Translations under genes and position numbers: made by a program
Shown here: positions 26,745 through 36,922 of the stretch, in pieces
Layout of the letters: the number at the start of each line of letters is the position of its first letter
Position numbering within the stretch: the stretch's first letter is position 1
Origin: a bacterium
GTDB lineage: Bacteria; Patescibacteriota; Minisyncoccia; Phycocordibacterales; Phycocordibacteraceae
Direction: 5' to 3'
Length of the DNA: 64,000 nucleotides
NCBI GenBank assembly: GCA_021802705.1
Contig: JAJZRL010000002.1
Coordinates: forward strand, 91,024 to 155,023
The notes under the pieces: generated by a model
Told to the model about the DNA's origin: nothing
Database searches by the model: none
Seen by the model: only the letters and a program-made list of their open reading frames with translations

Positions 26745-28340
26745 ATGTCTCTTTCGCCGCGGAATCTTGTTTCAGGAGGGATGCCCGCAGCGGACGCTTC
26801 GAAGGCTGGCAAGCGAAGCAATCAGGGATATGCGAAAACGCTGGCGGCGCAACCGATCGGGTCGGGCGCGGAGATAGTGAGCGTCGAGGCGGACCTTACG
26901 CGCGGATTGCACACATTTTCAATCGTCGGACTTGCCGATAAGGCGGTCGAAGAGGCTCGCGACAGGGTTAGCGCGGCGATACGCCATTCCGGATTCAAAC
27001 CCCCGAAACAGCAGAATAAGCGCATCGTCCTCTCGCTTTCGCCGGCGAGCTTAAAAAAGGAAGGTTCGCACTACGATCTCGCACTCGCGCTTGCCTACCT
27101 CATTGCAAACGGCGACCTGGTGCCGCAAGCCGGGCAGACGGAAGGGATGCTGTTCATCGGCGAGCTCGCCCTTGATGGAAGCATACGAACGGTACGGGGC
27201 GTACTGCCACAGGTACTCGCTGCAAAACGGCAGAGCATAAAGACGGTCTTTGTCCCGCCGGGGAATGCGCACGAAGCGCTCCTTGCCGAAGGCGTTGAAC
27301 TCTACGCGCCCTCATCGCTTTTCGAGCTCCTCCAGCATCTTCGAGGAGAGAAGGAGATGTCGCAAGCCGAACGCGCCGGACGTCCCTTGCCGCCTCCTGT
27401 GGCTGTCGATTTGCGCGACGTGAAAGGACAAGAGAGCGCCAAACGCGCTCTTGAGATAGCCGCTACCGGCCGGCACAATATTGTTCTGTACGGCCCGCCG
27501 GGAACCGGCAAGACCATGCTCGCTCGCGCGATTCCGGGTATTCTTCCGCCGCTTTCTGACGACGACGTGCTTGAAGTAACCGCCATCCATTCGGTCGCAG
27601 GCCTTCTCAAGGAAGGCGATGCGGTCTATCGTCCGCCTTTCCGTTCGCCGCACCATTCTGTCTCGCACGTAGCGATTGTCGGCGGGGGCGCTTTTCCGAA
27701 AGCGGGCGAGGTAACGCTCGCACATAAAGGCGTCCTCTTCCTCGATGAGTTTCCGGAATTCGAATCGCGCGTGCTCGAAGCGCTTCGTCAGCCGCTTGAA
27801 GATCGCGTGGTGACCGTTTCTCGCGCCCGATCGACGGTGACGTTTCCTGCCGACTGTATGATCGTCGCTGCGATGAATCCTGCGGACACGCTCTCAGGCG
27901 ATGCACGGGTCACGGAGCGCGCGGCCATAAAACAGGCGCGCCGCCTTTCGCGTCCTATCATCGATCGGCTCGACATGTGGATAGAGGTCCCGCTCGTTCC
28001 CCATGAAACGCTCGCCGGCCTCACAAGCGGCGAACCGTCATCGCGCGTGCGAGAGCGCGTCGAAGCCGCTCGCAGGCGTTGCGAAGAGCGTTTTGGAAGC
28101 GGGATGGTCAATGCGGTGCTTACGGGCCGCGATCTCGATCAGGCGGGCAATTTTACCGACTCGGCAAAGGAAGCGCTTGCTCTTGCCGCCGCTCGAATGC
28201 GCCTGTCGCCGCGGAGCTATCACCGTACGATGCGCGTTGCGCGTACCATAGCCGACCTTGCCGGTTCGGAACCGGTGACGCCTGCCTGCGTGCTCGAAGC
28301 GTTGCAGTACCGTCCGCGCGGGCTATTCGGCCTTGAGTGA
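26745..28340 (+). CDS. comM: ComM/YifB-family Mg-chelatase-like AAA+ ATPase (competence protein ComM)
   Basis: Lon-like N-terminal domain, Walker [12 protein letters not shown], Walker [12 protein letters not shown]-terminal Mg-chelatase domain. Confidence 0.9.
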   Translation: MSLSPRNLVSGGMPAADASKAGKRSNQGYAKTLAAQPIGSGAEIVSVEADLTRGLHTFSIVGLADKAVEEARDRVSAAIRHSGFKPPKQQNKRIVLSLSPASLKKEGSHYDLALALAYLIANGDLVPQAGQTEGMLFIGELALDGSIRTVRGVLPQVLAAKRQSIKTVFVPPGNAHEALLAEGVELYAPSSLFELLQHLRGEKEMSQAERAGRPLPPPVAVDLRDVKGQESAKRALEIAATGRHNIVLYGPPGTGKTMLARAIPGILPPLSDDDVLEVTAIHSVAGLLKEGDAVYRPPFRSPHHSVSHVAIVGGGAFPKAGEVTLAHKGVLFLDEFPEFESRVLEALRQPLEDRVVTVSRARSTVTFPADCMIVAAMNPADTLSGDARVTERAAIKQARRLSRPIIDRLDMWIEVPLVPHETLAGLTSGEPSSRVRERVEAARRRCEERFGSGMVNAVLTGRDLDQAGNFTDSAKEALALAAARMRLSPRSYHRTMRVARTIADLAGSEPVTPACVLEALQYRPRGLFGLE

Positions 28341-28368
28341 GCCGGAGAAAAGAGATCTGACGATTATC

Positions 28369-29175
28369 TTACTGCGGAGAGCATATGCTGCCGACCGCAC
28401 AATATCCGAAAGGATTTTTCGCGCCGCGAACCTCGAAATGGAGATGCGGCCCTGTCGCCATACCGGTCGTTCCGACATACCCGATGACCTGTCCGCGATA
28501 TACCGTCTGGCCGCTTGAGACGATAGCGTGCGTCATATGCGCATAGAGCGTTTGCGTATCGTTATCGTGGGTTATGACGACGTAGTTCCCGTACCCGCCG
28601 TTCCACGCTCCGTTATTGCGTGCGACGATGACCGTGCCGTCTGCGGCGGCGTGGATCGGCGTACCGCGCGGTGCGCCGATATCGACGGCGTTCCAGCCGT
28701 GGATAGACTGGGTGATGATGCCCCCCGGCAAAGGATTCCCGTAAAAGCCAAGCTGTGCGGGGCCGCTACCGCCTAAGTACGGCTCCCGTATCACGCGAGG
28801 GATTCTTCGAGAGTAGCCCGAAGAGGCTGCGCGCCGTGCGGGAGCCTGAACGGCGACTTCGCCTCCCGGAATGATCACGACGCTTCCGGCCGTAAGCGCA
28901 GCGGCCGGATCAAGCCCGTTGAATTCGGCGATCTCGTTCTTATCGGCACCATATTTTTGAGCGATCGATTGAAGCGTGTCCCCCTTTGCAACCGTATGTT
29001 CGACGCCGGAAACGGGAAGGATGACGAGCGTATCGCCGGGGTGCACATCGCGGGCGCTTCCGAGATTGTTTGCCCACACGATGGTATTCACCGAGACCCC
29101 GAACATGTCGGCAATCTCGGAAAGCGTATCGCCTGGACGAACGACGTAGATCGAAATACGGTCAGGCGGCGCCAC
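28369..29175 (-). CDS. LysM (x2) + M23 metallopeptidase (cell-wall hydrolase); true start probably upstream at a non-canonical codon
   Basis: Two LysM repeats (YVVRPGDTLSEIA; HTVAKGDTLQSIAQ) and M23 motifs (HAAADG...HLHFEVR). The track M at 29175 is GTG. The minus frame stays open to 29541 and encodes a signal-anchor (RFIKQGTQFIAGVAVTASFLTLLP) with no ATG/GTG/TTG. Confidence 0.75.
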   Translation of the reverse strand: MAPPDRISIYVVRPGDTLSEIADMFGVSVNTIVWANNLGSARDVHPGDTLVILPVSGVEHTVAKGDTLQSIAQKYGADKNEIAEFNGLDPAAALTAGSVVIIPGGEVAVQAPARRAASSGYSRRIPRVIREPYLGGSGPAQLGFYGNPLPGGIITQSIHGWNAVDIGAPRGTPIHAAADGTVIVARNNGAWNGGYGNYVVITHDNDTQTLYAHMTHAIVSSGQTVYRGQVIGYVGTTGMATGPHLHFEVRGAKNPFGYCAVGSICSPQ

Positions 29176-29548
29176 AGGAGCTACGTCCGCGAGAGTACCG
29201 CTCGGGCCGCTGTAAGGGACAAGCGCCGAACCGTCTGACGTGGCAAGAGCGAGCGGCGCGCTTACGTTCGGGTCGCTGTTGATAGCTGCGGCAAGAGCCG
29301 GTGTCGTGGCGCTCGGGATACCGGTATTTACCGCCGCATCAGCACGGCTTGAAAACGGCCAGAAAGCGCTTGCGCGGTCTGGAAGCAGCGTAAGGAAAGA
29401 TGCCGTAACCGCTACGCCAGCGATAAACTGCGTACCTTGCTTTATAAAACGGTATATATCCTGTCTCGTGCCTGTTTGCAGCGGATCGGGGGGCTGATTG
29501 GTTGATTCGATGGAAAGGGGGAGGAAACGCAGCGAATCTGATCATACA

Positions 29549-29583
29549 AAAATGGCTTACATACATAGTGCATATAAGCCATT
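29549..29583. promoter_or_regulatory. inverted repeat AAATGGCTT-N17-AAGCCATTT in the M23/uvrD divergent region (candidate operator)
   Basis: 9-bp perfect arms seen directly, ~75 bp upstream of the uvrD ATG. Confidence 0.35.
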
Positions 29584-29658
29584 TCTTGAGTACTTCCGTA
29601 TCAGTCGGTACCGCGTACTATAGTCGATTAAGCGCCCCGAGTCAATCACGTTATTTTC

Positions 29659-31617
29659 ATGCCTGTGGAGAGTAGTTTGTGCGGTATAGTCACGGATGTG
29701 ACGTATCTTGAGGGATTAAACGAGGCACAGAAACGGGCCGTTTTGACGAAAGACGGCCCGATTTCGGTTCTTGCCGGCGCCGGCAGCGGCAAGACGCGCG
29801 TGCTCACGACGCGCATCTATCACCTTATTCGGGAAGGCATCCCGCCGGAAGAGATACTCGCCATAACCTTTACGAACAAGGCCGCCCGCGAGATGCGCGA
29901 GCGCGTGAACGCTCTTCTTAGCCACTCTTCGGGAGAATCGGGTCCTTCGCCTCTCGTCGCGACCTTCCACGGCCTTGGCCGCGAGCTTCTTGAGTCGTAT
30001 GGGAGCGCAATCGGCATCCCGCGATTTTTCAGCGTGTACGATCGTGATGATTCTGAAAAAGCGATCGCGAACGCGCTCAAGGCGCTTGATATTTCGGCAA
30101 AAGAGTTCTCGCCGCGCTCCGTATTGAGCCGCATCTCGCGCCTCAAGGGGGAGGGGGTATCAGCGAGCGAGTTTTACGAAAAGAGCGCGCGCGGGAGCTT
30201 CGGGGGGCGTGTTACCGCGGAAGCCTGGCTTTCTTACGAGAAGGCGCTTCGGGCGGAGAAAGCTCTCGATTTCGACGATCTCATCGTCCTCCCGCTCCGG
30301 CTCCTTGAAGGGCATCCCGATGTTCGCGAGCGCGCGCAGAATCGGTGGCGGTATATCCATATCGATGAATATCAAGACACGAATCTCCTCCAGGGCCGTC
30401 TTGCGGCCATACTTGCCGGCAAGAGGAAGAATCTCTTTGTCGTCGGCGATATCGACCAGACCATCTATACCTGGCGCGGCGCGACGATAGAAAACCTTCT
30501 CGAGTTCGACAAAACCTATCCGGAGGCCGTCACGATCATACTCGAACGCAATTACCGTTCGACCAAAAATCTGGTCGATGCGGCAAATGCTGTCATAAGG
30601 AAAAATAAGAATCGCAAGGAGAAGTCCTCGACGACCGAAAACGCTGCCGGAGAACCCATCCATATCCATGCGACCCGTACCGCCGAAGAGGAAGCGCGCT
30701 GGATCGCCGCGAAGATACGGGAGCTTGTACTTTCCGGAGAAAAACCAGAAGGGATCGCGATACTTTTCCGCACCAACTTCCAGTCGCGCGCGCTTGAGGA
30801 GAGTCTCTTGCGCGCCGGCATCCCGTACAAGCTTCTTGGTACGCGTTTTTTCGCCCGCAAGGAAGTGAAGGACGCGCTTGCATGGATGCGCCTCGCGCTT
30901 GACCCTTCGCGCGAAGCGGACAAGCTGCGCGCCGCATCCTCTCCTCCGCGCGGCCTCGGGAAGGTTACGCTCGGCAAGCTTGCAGCAGGACAGCGCGCGA
31001 TGCTGCGCGCCGGCGAGCTTGCGAAAGTCGCGCAATTCGAGAGCATCATTCTCGAGCTTGAAGCCGCCGCAAAGACGCTCCGACCTTCCGATTTCGTGAA
31101 GCTTGTCATCGAGAAGAGCGGCATGCGCCGCGCGTTCTTTGAAGAAGGGAACGAAGACGACCGTGAACGGTTCCAGAACATCGAAGAGCTCGCTTCTATC
31201 GCGGTGCGCCATGACGCGAGGCCGGGACAGGAAGGCGTCGCCGCCTTTCTCGCCGAGGCCGCTCTTGCAAGCGATCAGGATGAGATGGATCAAGGCGAGA
31301 AGTCCGGTGTAACGCTCATGACCGTTCATGCGGCAAAAGGCCTCGAATTCGATACGGTTTTCGTAAGCGGCATGGAGGAAGGGCTCTTTCCGCATCAAGG
31401 CATGGGTTCGGAAACCGCCCGTGACGAAGAGGAGGAACGCCGGCTTTTCTACGTCGCCATGACGCGCGCGAAGAAACGGCTTTTCCTCGTATTCGCATAC
31501 CTGCGCATCATCTACGGCAGCGAGCGTTTTGCGGAACCCTCTTCGTTCCTGGACGATCTCGACCGCTCGCTCGTGACGTATGATGAATACGATGCGGAAA
31601 GGGTCATCGAGGCGTGA
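29659..31617 (+). CDS. uvrD: ATP-dependent DNA helicase, UvrD/PcrA family
   Basis: LNEAQKRAV...VLAGAGSGKTRVLT; DEYQDTN; UvrD-type C-terminal motifs (VHAAKGLEFD, FYVAMTRAK). Confidence 0.9.
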   Translation: MPVESSLCGIVTDVTYLEGLNEAQKRAVLTKDGPISVLAGAGSGKTRVLTTRIYHLIREGIPPEEILAITFTNKAAREMRERVNALLSHSSGESGPSPLVATFHGLGRELLESYGSAIGIPRFFSVYDRDDSEKAIANALKALDISAKEFSPRSVLSRISRLKGEGVSASEFYEKSARGSFGGRVTAEAWLSYEKALRAEKALDFDDLIVLPLRLLEGHPDVRERAQNRWRYIHIDEYQDTNLLQGRLAAILAGKRKNLFVVGDIDQTIYTWRGATIENLLEFDKTYPEAVTIILERNYRSTKNLVDAANAVIRKNKNRKEKSSTTENAAGEPIHIHATRTAEEEARWIAAKIRELVLSGEKPEGIAILFRTNFQSRALEESLLRAGIPYKLLGTRFFARKEVKDALAWMRLALDPSREADKLRAASSPPRGLGKVTLGKLAAGQRAMLRAGELAKVAQFESIILELEAAAKTLRPSDFVKLVIEKSGMRRAFFEEGNEDDRERFQNIEELASIAVRHDARPGQEGVAAFLAEAALASDQDEMDQGEKSGVTLMTVHAAKGLEFDTVFVSGMEEGLFPHQGMGSETARDEEEERRLFYVAMTRAKKRLFLVFAYLRIIYGSERFAEPSSFLDDLDRSLVTYDEYDAERVIEA

Positions 31618-31702
31618 GAAACGTCCTTTTGCCGTCACGGAAGGGGATGCTATCTTTGTATAGAATTCAAGACAAGCTAATCCGTCATCTTACGTACCGC
31701 CC

Positions 31703-33283
31703 ATGATCCAGTACTATCTCAGCATCTTCATAGCGGGCTTCTCGCTCATGACCGTGGAGATAGTTTCATCGAGGATCGTCGCGCCGATCATCGGCTCCTC
31801 GGTCTTTACCTGGACCTCGGTTATCGGGATAACCCTCCTCGGATTATCCATAGGAAGTCTCGTCGGAGGAGAGATAGCTGATAGGTATCTCAAAGCGTAC
31901 GGGCAGAAAGTCTTGTCCTTTGCGCTCTTTGTCGCGGCGTTTCTCGTGTATCTCATCGTGCCGCTCTCGAGAAACGTGGGCTTCATCCTGGACGGATCGT
32001 TTTCTTTGCCCGTATTGTCCATCCTCATATGCGGCGCTCTGTTTCTTTTGCCGGCGCTTTCGATAGGGGCGCTCTCGCCGATAATTTTCAAATTGTACGT
32101 CGGGGATATAAAAAACATAGGCAAGAAATACGGGATACTTTCGAGCGTCTGGTCGGTCGGAAGCATCTTCGGCGTTTTCGTGACGGGATTTTATTTCATA
32201 TCCGTAATCGGCAGTTCCGGCATCATCTCGTTGGTATCCGCGACGCTCTTCCTCCTTTTCTACTTCTTCTCTCTCAAGAATCTTGACCGAAGCTCTCCTC
32301 ATTTCAAACGGCATCTTGCTTTTCTCGTCATCCTGACCCTGCTTCTCCCTCTTGCTTTTTTTTTTGAAAAAAGACCGCCACTCCCCGCAAGCGTACTCTT
32401 TCAAAGAGAGACCGCGTACTACGATCTGCGCGTAGTTGAATACGACCTGTTCCCGCAATATGGGAAAAACAGGATACTTTTCCTTGACACGGATCCAAAC
32501 AGCATCCAGACGGAGAAACCTTCAAAAGAGTTCTATACCGACATCTATCCGGCGTTTTCAGCCCTGTCAGATACGCTCAAGAATATATACGTCATCGGCG
32601 CCGGCGCGTACACCTTACCCATTAACCTGCGAAAATATTATCCCGACTCGAATATAACCGTTTCAGAGATCGATCCCGAGGTCGAGAAAGTCGGTCGTGC
32701 GTACTTTAACGTGGGCAACTATGACATCAAGACGGTGATAGGGGATGCGCGGCTGGATTTTTCTCCGGCGCGCAGCACCGGAGAAAAGTACGACCTGGTA
32801 TTCGGCGATGCGTATAACTCGCTCATCTCCGTACCGTGGTATCTCATGACGAAGGAATTCTTCTCGGACGTGAGAGGCAGCCTGAACCAGGGCGGCATTT
32901 TCGCGATCAATTTCATCGGAACGCTCCAGGGACCGCAATCGAAGGTATTCGGAAGCGTATACAACACCATGAGAGAAGTATTCCCGAACGACTACATTTT
33001 TGCATTCGGCAATACCCCGGAAGAGATACAAAACATAACGATAGTCGGCGTTAAGAGCGATAACCATCTCAGTTACGATGCGCTAGCAGAGAAACTGGAC
33101 ACGATCGATCCGACCTATTTCCTGACGAGATCCCTGGTAGACAAGAGCTCGCTTGACAGCAGCGCTCTCGGGAAGGATATGGTCTTGACCGACAATTTCG
33201 CGCCCGTTGATACCATGATGACCGGGCTGCTTTCCGACTATTTTCCGAAATATCTGCCGCTCTACCGCAAGATGCTACAGTAG
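31703..33283 (+). CDS. membrane-fused spermidine-synthase-like (aminopropyltransferase-family) protein
   Basis: ~8 N-terminal TM helices, then a PF01564-like domain (IGAGAYTLP, YDLVFGDAYNS). GC is lower than the surroundings. Confidence 0.65.
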   Translation: MIQYYLSIFIAGFSLMTVEIVSSRIVAPIIGSSVFTWTSVIGITLLGLSIGSLVGGEIADRYLKAYGQKVLSFALFVAAFLVYLIVPLSRNVGFILDGSFSLPVLSILICGALFLLPALSIGALSPIIFKLYVGDIKNIGKKYGILSSVWSVGSIFGVFVTGFYFISVIGSSGIISLVSATLFLLFYFFSLKNLDRSSPHFKRHLAFLVILTLLLPLAFFFEKRPPLPASVLFQRETAYYDLRVVEYDLFPQYGKNRILFLDTDPNSIQTEKPSKEFYTDIYPAFSALSDTLKNIYVIGAGAYTLPINLRKYYPDSNITVSEIDPEVEKVGRAYFNVGNYDIKTVIGDARLDFSPARSTGEKYDLVFGDAYNSLISVPWYLMTKEFFSDVRGSLNQGGIFAINFIGTLQGPQSKVFGSVYNTMREVFPNDYIFAFGNTPEEIQNITIVGVKSDNHLSYDALAEKLDTIDPTYFLTRSLVDKSSLDSSALGKDMVLTDNFAPVDTMMTGLLSDYFPKYLPLYRKMLQ

Positions 33284-33286
33284 GGC

Positions 33287-34057
33287 ATGGTACGTGCGAA
33301 GAAGTCGCTCGGGCAGAATTTCCTGATGCACGCGCGTATCGCGGAACGCATTGCGAACGTCGCGCACCTGACGCCCGAGGACACGGTGCTTGAAATCGGT
33401 CCCGGCACCGGCATGCTCACGCGAGCGCTTCTCGCGCGGGCGGGGAAGGTGGTTGCGGTCGAGACGGACGGCGAGCTGTATGCGGAGCTCCGCGTCACCT
33501 TCGCGGACGCTATCGCCGCCGGACGGCTTGCGCTCGTACATCGCGATATCCGCGATTTCGCGCCCTCTGCGGATCTTCACGGATATCGCCTCGTCGCGAA
33601 CATCCCGTACTACCTTACCGGTGAGATTTTCCGAATGTTCCTCGAAGCAAAAAACCAACCCCGCTCGATGACGCTCCTCGTGCAGAAAGAAGTCGCCGAA
33701 CGTATCGCGCGTTCGGGAAAAGGGAGCCTCCTTTCGCTTTCGATACGAGCATACGGGACTCCGAAGTATGAGTTCACCGTGCCGCGCGGAGCGTTTCGGC
33801 CCGCACCGAACGTCGACTCCGCCGTTCTTTCGATCCGTGACATTTCGCGCAAGAATTTCCCTTCTCCGGAAGAAGAGCGGCGTTTTTTCAGCCTTTTGCG
33901 CGCCGGTTTCGCTCATAAACGGAAACTTCTCGCCAACAACCTGAAGGAAGCAGGGCTGATTTCCGAAGATATTCCGGAAAAAGCGCGTGCAGAGGACCTC
34001 TCGCTTGTCGACTGGCTCGCATTTGCGCGTTCTTCTCACCGTCCTCGCGAACACTAA
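33287..34057 (+). CDS. rsmA: 16S rRNA (adenine1518/1519-N6)-dimethyltransferase
   Basis: SLGQNFL, EIGPGTGMLT, ANIPYY. Confidence 0.9.
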   Translation: MVRAKKSLGQNFLMHARIAERIANVAHLTPEDTVLEIGPGTGMLTRALLARAGKVVAVETDGELYAELRVTFADAIAAGRLALVHRDIRDFAPSADLHGYRLVANIPYYLTGEIFRMFLEAKNQPRSMTLLVQKEVAERIARSGKGSLLSLSIRAYGTPKYEFTVPRGAFRPAPNVDSAVLSIRDISRKNFPSPEEERRFFSLLRAGFAHKRKLLANNLKEAGLISEDIPEKARAEDLSLVDWLAFARSSHRPREH

Positions 34058-34120
34058 TGCACATAATACCCCGTATTGCGCCTTTTAAACGCGAAGCGGC
34101 TGGTATACTAAGAACGCACT

Positions 34121-35170
34121 ATGGGGAACGTTCCCAAAATATGGCGTATCGTCGGCGCGGTGTTTTTCTCGATAACGCTTATTGTTGGCGCCTATATGCT
34201 CGGACACGGGGTCGAATCCCCGAATGTCGCCGAGGCATCGACGGAAACCGCCCTTCTTCAGGCGATCGCGACGAAGGACTCGAATGGCGACGGTCTTCCG
34301 GACTGGGAAAAGACGCTCTACGGCATCCCGGTAAACAGCACGACCACCGATTACTTCCATCTCGGCATGACCGACGGCGAAGCGGTCGCGAAAGGCCTCA
34401 TCGTACCGAAGGCGATCGTCGACATACAGGCCAGCACTTCTTCTCCCGCACAGGCCGTTTCAGCGGACAGCTCGCTTCCGCCACCGCCCCCGGACGGAAC
34501 CATCACCGCCTCTTTCGCGAAGAATTTCTTCATGCTCTACCTTGCGGCAAAACAGGCAAACGGCGGAGCGCCGCTCTCCCAAACGGACATAACAAACGTT
34601 ACGCAAGAGGCGCTCCGGCAGCTTTCTCAATCGATAACGCCCGCACCCGATTTCAAGTCGATGCAAAATCTCACGGTCGCCGGCTCGGGACCTGACGCTC
34701 TCAAGTCTTTTGCCGCCGCCGCCGAGGCCGTTTTATTGAAAAATACGAGCAATGCGACGACAAGCGAGATTCACTACCTGCAGTACGCGGTCCAAGACAG
34801 TAACGATACCGACGCGCTCACGCATATCGCGTCGATAGCGAAAGCGTACCGCGATACGGCTGCCGGCCTTGCCGCGCTTCCGGTGCCGCAAGAGCTCGCC
34901 GGAGACGACCTCGCCCTCATAAACGCGCTCGCACGCACGAGCGAGATCTTAAGCGACTTCACACGAGTAAATACCGACCCTCTCGCGACGATGCTCGCGC
35001 TCAATCAGTATCCCCAAGCAGTGCTCTCTATGAGTACCGCATTCCTCCATATCGGCCAGATATATGCGAATGCCGGCATCACGCTTCCGCCGGGCACCCC
35101 CGGCTCGTCATTCGTCAATCTCATGACGAGCGTCACGGCAAGCGAGAAGTCCTCTGCGCAAAAACCATGA
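34121..35170 (+). CDS. membrane-anchored hypothetical protein with NGDGLPDWEK Ca-binding-like motif
   Basis: N-terminal TM (IVGAVFFSITLIVGAYML) and an extracytoplasmic Ala/Ser/Thr-rich body. First of a four-gene same-strand module. Confidence 0.55.
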   Translation: MGNVPKIWRIVGAVFFSITLIVGAYMLGHGVESPNVAEASTETALLQAIATKDSNGDGLPDWEKTLYGIPVNSTTTDYFHLGMTDGEAVAKGLIVPKAIVDIQASTSSPAQAVSADSSLPPPPPDGTITASFAKNFFMLYLAAKQANGGAPLSQTDITNVTQEALRQLSQSITPAPDFKSMQNLTVAGSGPDALKSFAAAAEAVLLKNTSNATTSEIHYLQYAVQDSNDTDALTHIASIAKAYRDTAAGLAALPVPQELAGDDLALINALARTSEILSDFTRVNTDPLATMLALNQYPQAVLSMSTAFLHIGQIYANAGITLPPGTPGSSFVNLMTSVTASEKSSAQKP

Positions 35171-36921
35171 ACCGGCGCCCGCACCACTCGATACTCGCGG
35201 TCCTGCTCGTAGTCTTCCTTGTCGCGCCTATGGCGTTTTTCAGTGTGCCGCCGAAGGCGCACGCGACTCTTCCCGTAGCGGTGGTTGGCACGGTATCGAT
35301 TCCGTTCCAAATAAAAACGAGCATCGAGAGCACCGTTAGTGCCATCAAAAATACGATTACCGCGATCGAGACGACGACGAGCGCCATAGCGAACACGGCG
35401 CTCCAGGTCGATAAGTACGTGCTCGAGCCGCTCGCGTTCGTCCTGTCGGGGCAGCTTCTCAAATCGATGACCGCTGGCATCATCGCGTTTGTCGACGGGC
35501 AAGCGAACGGGACGGGTGTCCCGCAATTCGTGCAGGACCTGCAGGGGCACCTACAGAATGTCGGCGATATCCAAGCGCAGACCTTCTTGACGCAGTTCAA
35601 TGCGAACTCGAATTCGCCGTTTGCTTCCGCGATCACCGTGTCTTTGCAGAATGACTATGCCCAGAAAACGAACCTCGGGGGTTTTCTCGCCAAGAATCAG
35701 TGCACGCTTACCCAGGCTTCGGCGAATCCGACGGCTTTCCTCGCGGGCGACTGGTCGCAGGGCGGTGTCGGCGAGTGGTTCGCGCTCACGACCCAGAACC
35801 AAAACAACCCGTACATGCTCTATCAGAGCTCGCAAAACGAGATGGCGTCGATGGTCGCCGGCGCGACCGCTGCCCGCCTCGCGGAGCTTAACTGGGGGCA
35901 AGGGTTCCTTTCGTGGTGCGGTGACAGTACGACGAATGCCGGCTCGGCCCCTTCGACCGCCGGAGCCTCGACCGGAAGCGGCGTTGTCGGTTCTGCCGGC
36001 GACCCATGCACGCAAACCGACGGGTTGCCGGGCATCGTAAAGACGCCGGGTTCGGTCATCAAGGCAAGTCTCGACAAGGCGCTCGGAACCACGTTCGACA
36101 AGCTCGTCAACATGGGCAATGCTTCAGCCGAAATCAACAGCATCATGGGCAATATCGCCACAGTCATGAGTACGGTCAATTTCGCGACACAGGTCCTCGG
36201 TGGCTCCGGTTCGGGCGGTCTTTTCGGCATCGGGCAAACCTCTTCCGGACAGAGCGGCGGCTCGCAGCTCTCGCAGTATCAGAATTCTCCCAGCTATCTG
36301 GGTACGACGCAGGCAAGCGTTTACAATAGCGCCGCCGCTCTTCCGGCTTCCGGTTCGAACATGCTCAGCAACATCGCGCAGTACCAGTCGGCCTGGAACA
36401 CCATCAACACCGCCGCGAGCAGCGCATCGAACAGCCTCCATGACCTCATCAACTTCTGTTCATCGCAACCATCAGGCGGGTATTACGGCGGTTACTATGG
36501 CTACGGCACCTATACGAGCCCGTCCGTTATCATAAGCGACGCTCAGTCCGCGCTCACGAATGAAATCGCGCCAGTGTTCTCGCAAGTGAACGCGGCTGCC
36601 ACCACTATCGCCGCCGCCCAAGCGATGGTGCAAAAAGTGCAGAACGAGCTCACTGCCGGCGCGAACTCGGCAAGCGGCGCCGGAGGAGCCTATGCGTCCG
36701 ACATCCAGACGCTCCAAAGCATGTCGCCGACCGCCACCGACGTCGCGAACGCGCAGCAGCAAGCGCAGTCTTTCGGGACCGCCTCGGCGAACCCGCAAGG
36801 ATCGCTCTTCGTTTCCGGAGGCTCCTTGCTCGACCAGATGAACCTTATCAGCTCGAACGCGCAAGCGCTCAAGAGCTCCTGTGTTCCGCCGCCGGGCTAT
36901 TTCAATAACAACAATTCGTAA
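35167..36921 (+). CDS. secreted Gln/Asn/Ser/Thr/Gly-rich hypothetical protein (584 aa)
   Basis: Signal peptide (ILAVLLVVFLVAPMAFFSVPPKAHA), a low-complexity body, and a GGYYGGYYGYG motif. 4-nt overlap with the upstream gene. Confidence 0.55.
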   Translation: MNRRPHHSILAVLLVVFLVAPMAFFSVPPKAHATLPVAVVGTVSIPFQIKTSIESTVSAIKNTITAIETTTSAIANTALQVDKYVLEPLAFVLSGQLLKSMTAGIIAFVDGQANGTGVPQFVQDLQGHLQNVGDIQAQTFLTQFNANSNSPFASAITVSLQNDYAQKTNLGGFLAKNQCTLTQASANPTAFLAGDWSQGGVGEWFALTTQNQNNPYMLYQSSQNEMASMVAGATAARLAELNWGQGFLSWCGDSTTNAGSAPSTAGASTGSGVVGSAGDPCTQTDGLPGIVKTPGSVIKASLDKALGTTFDKLVNMGNASAEINSIMGNIATVMSTVNFATQVLGGSGSGGLFGIGQTSSGQSGGSQLSQYQNSPSYLGTTQASVYNSAAALPASGSNMLSNIAQYQSAWNTINTAASSASNSLHDLINFCSSQPSGGYYGGYYGYGTYTSPSVIISDAQSALTNEIAPVFSQVNAAATTIAAAQAMVQKVQNELTAGANSASGAGGAYASDIQTLQSMSPTATDVANAQQQAQSFGTASANPQGSLFVSGGSLLDQMNLISSNAQALKSSCVPPPGYFNNNNS

Positions 36922-36922
36922 T

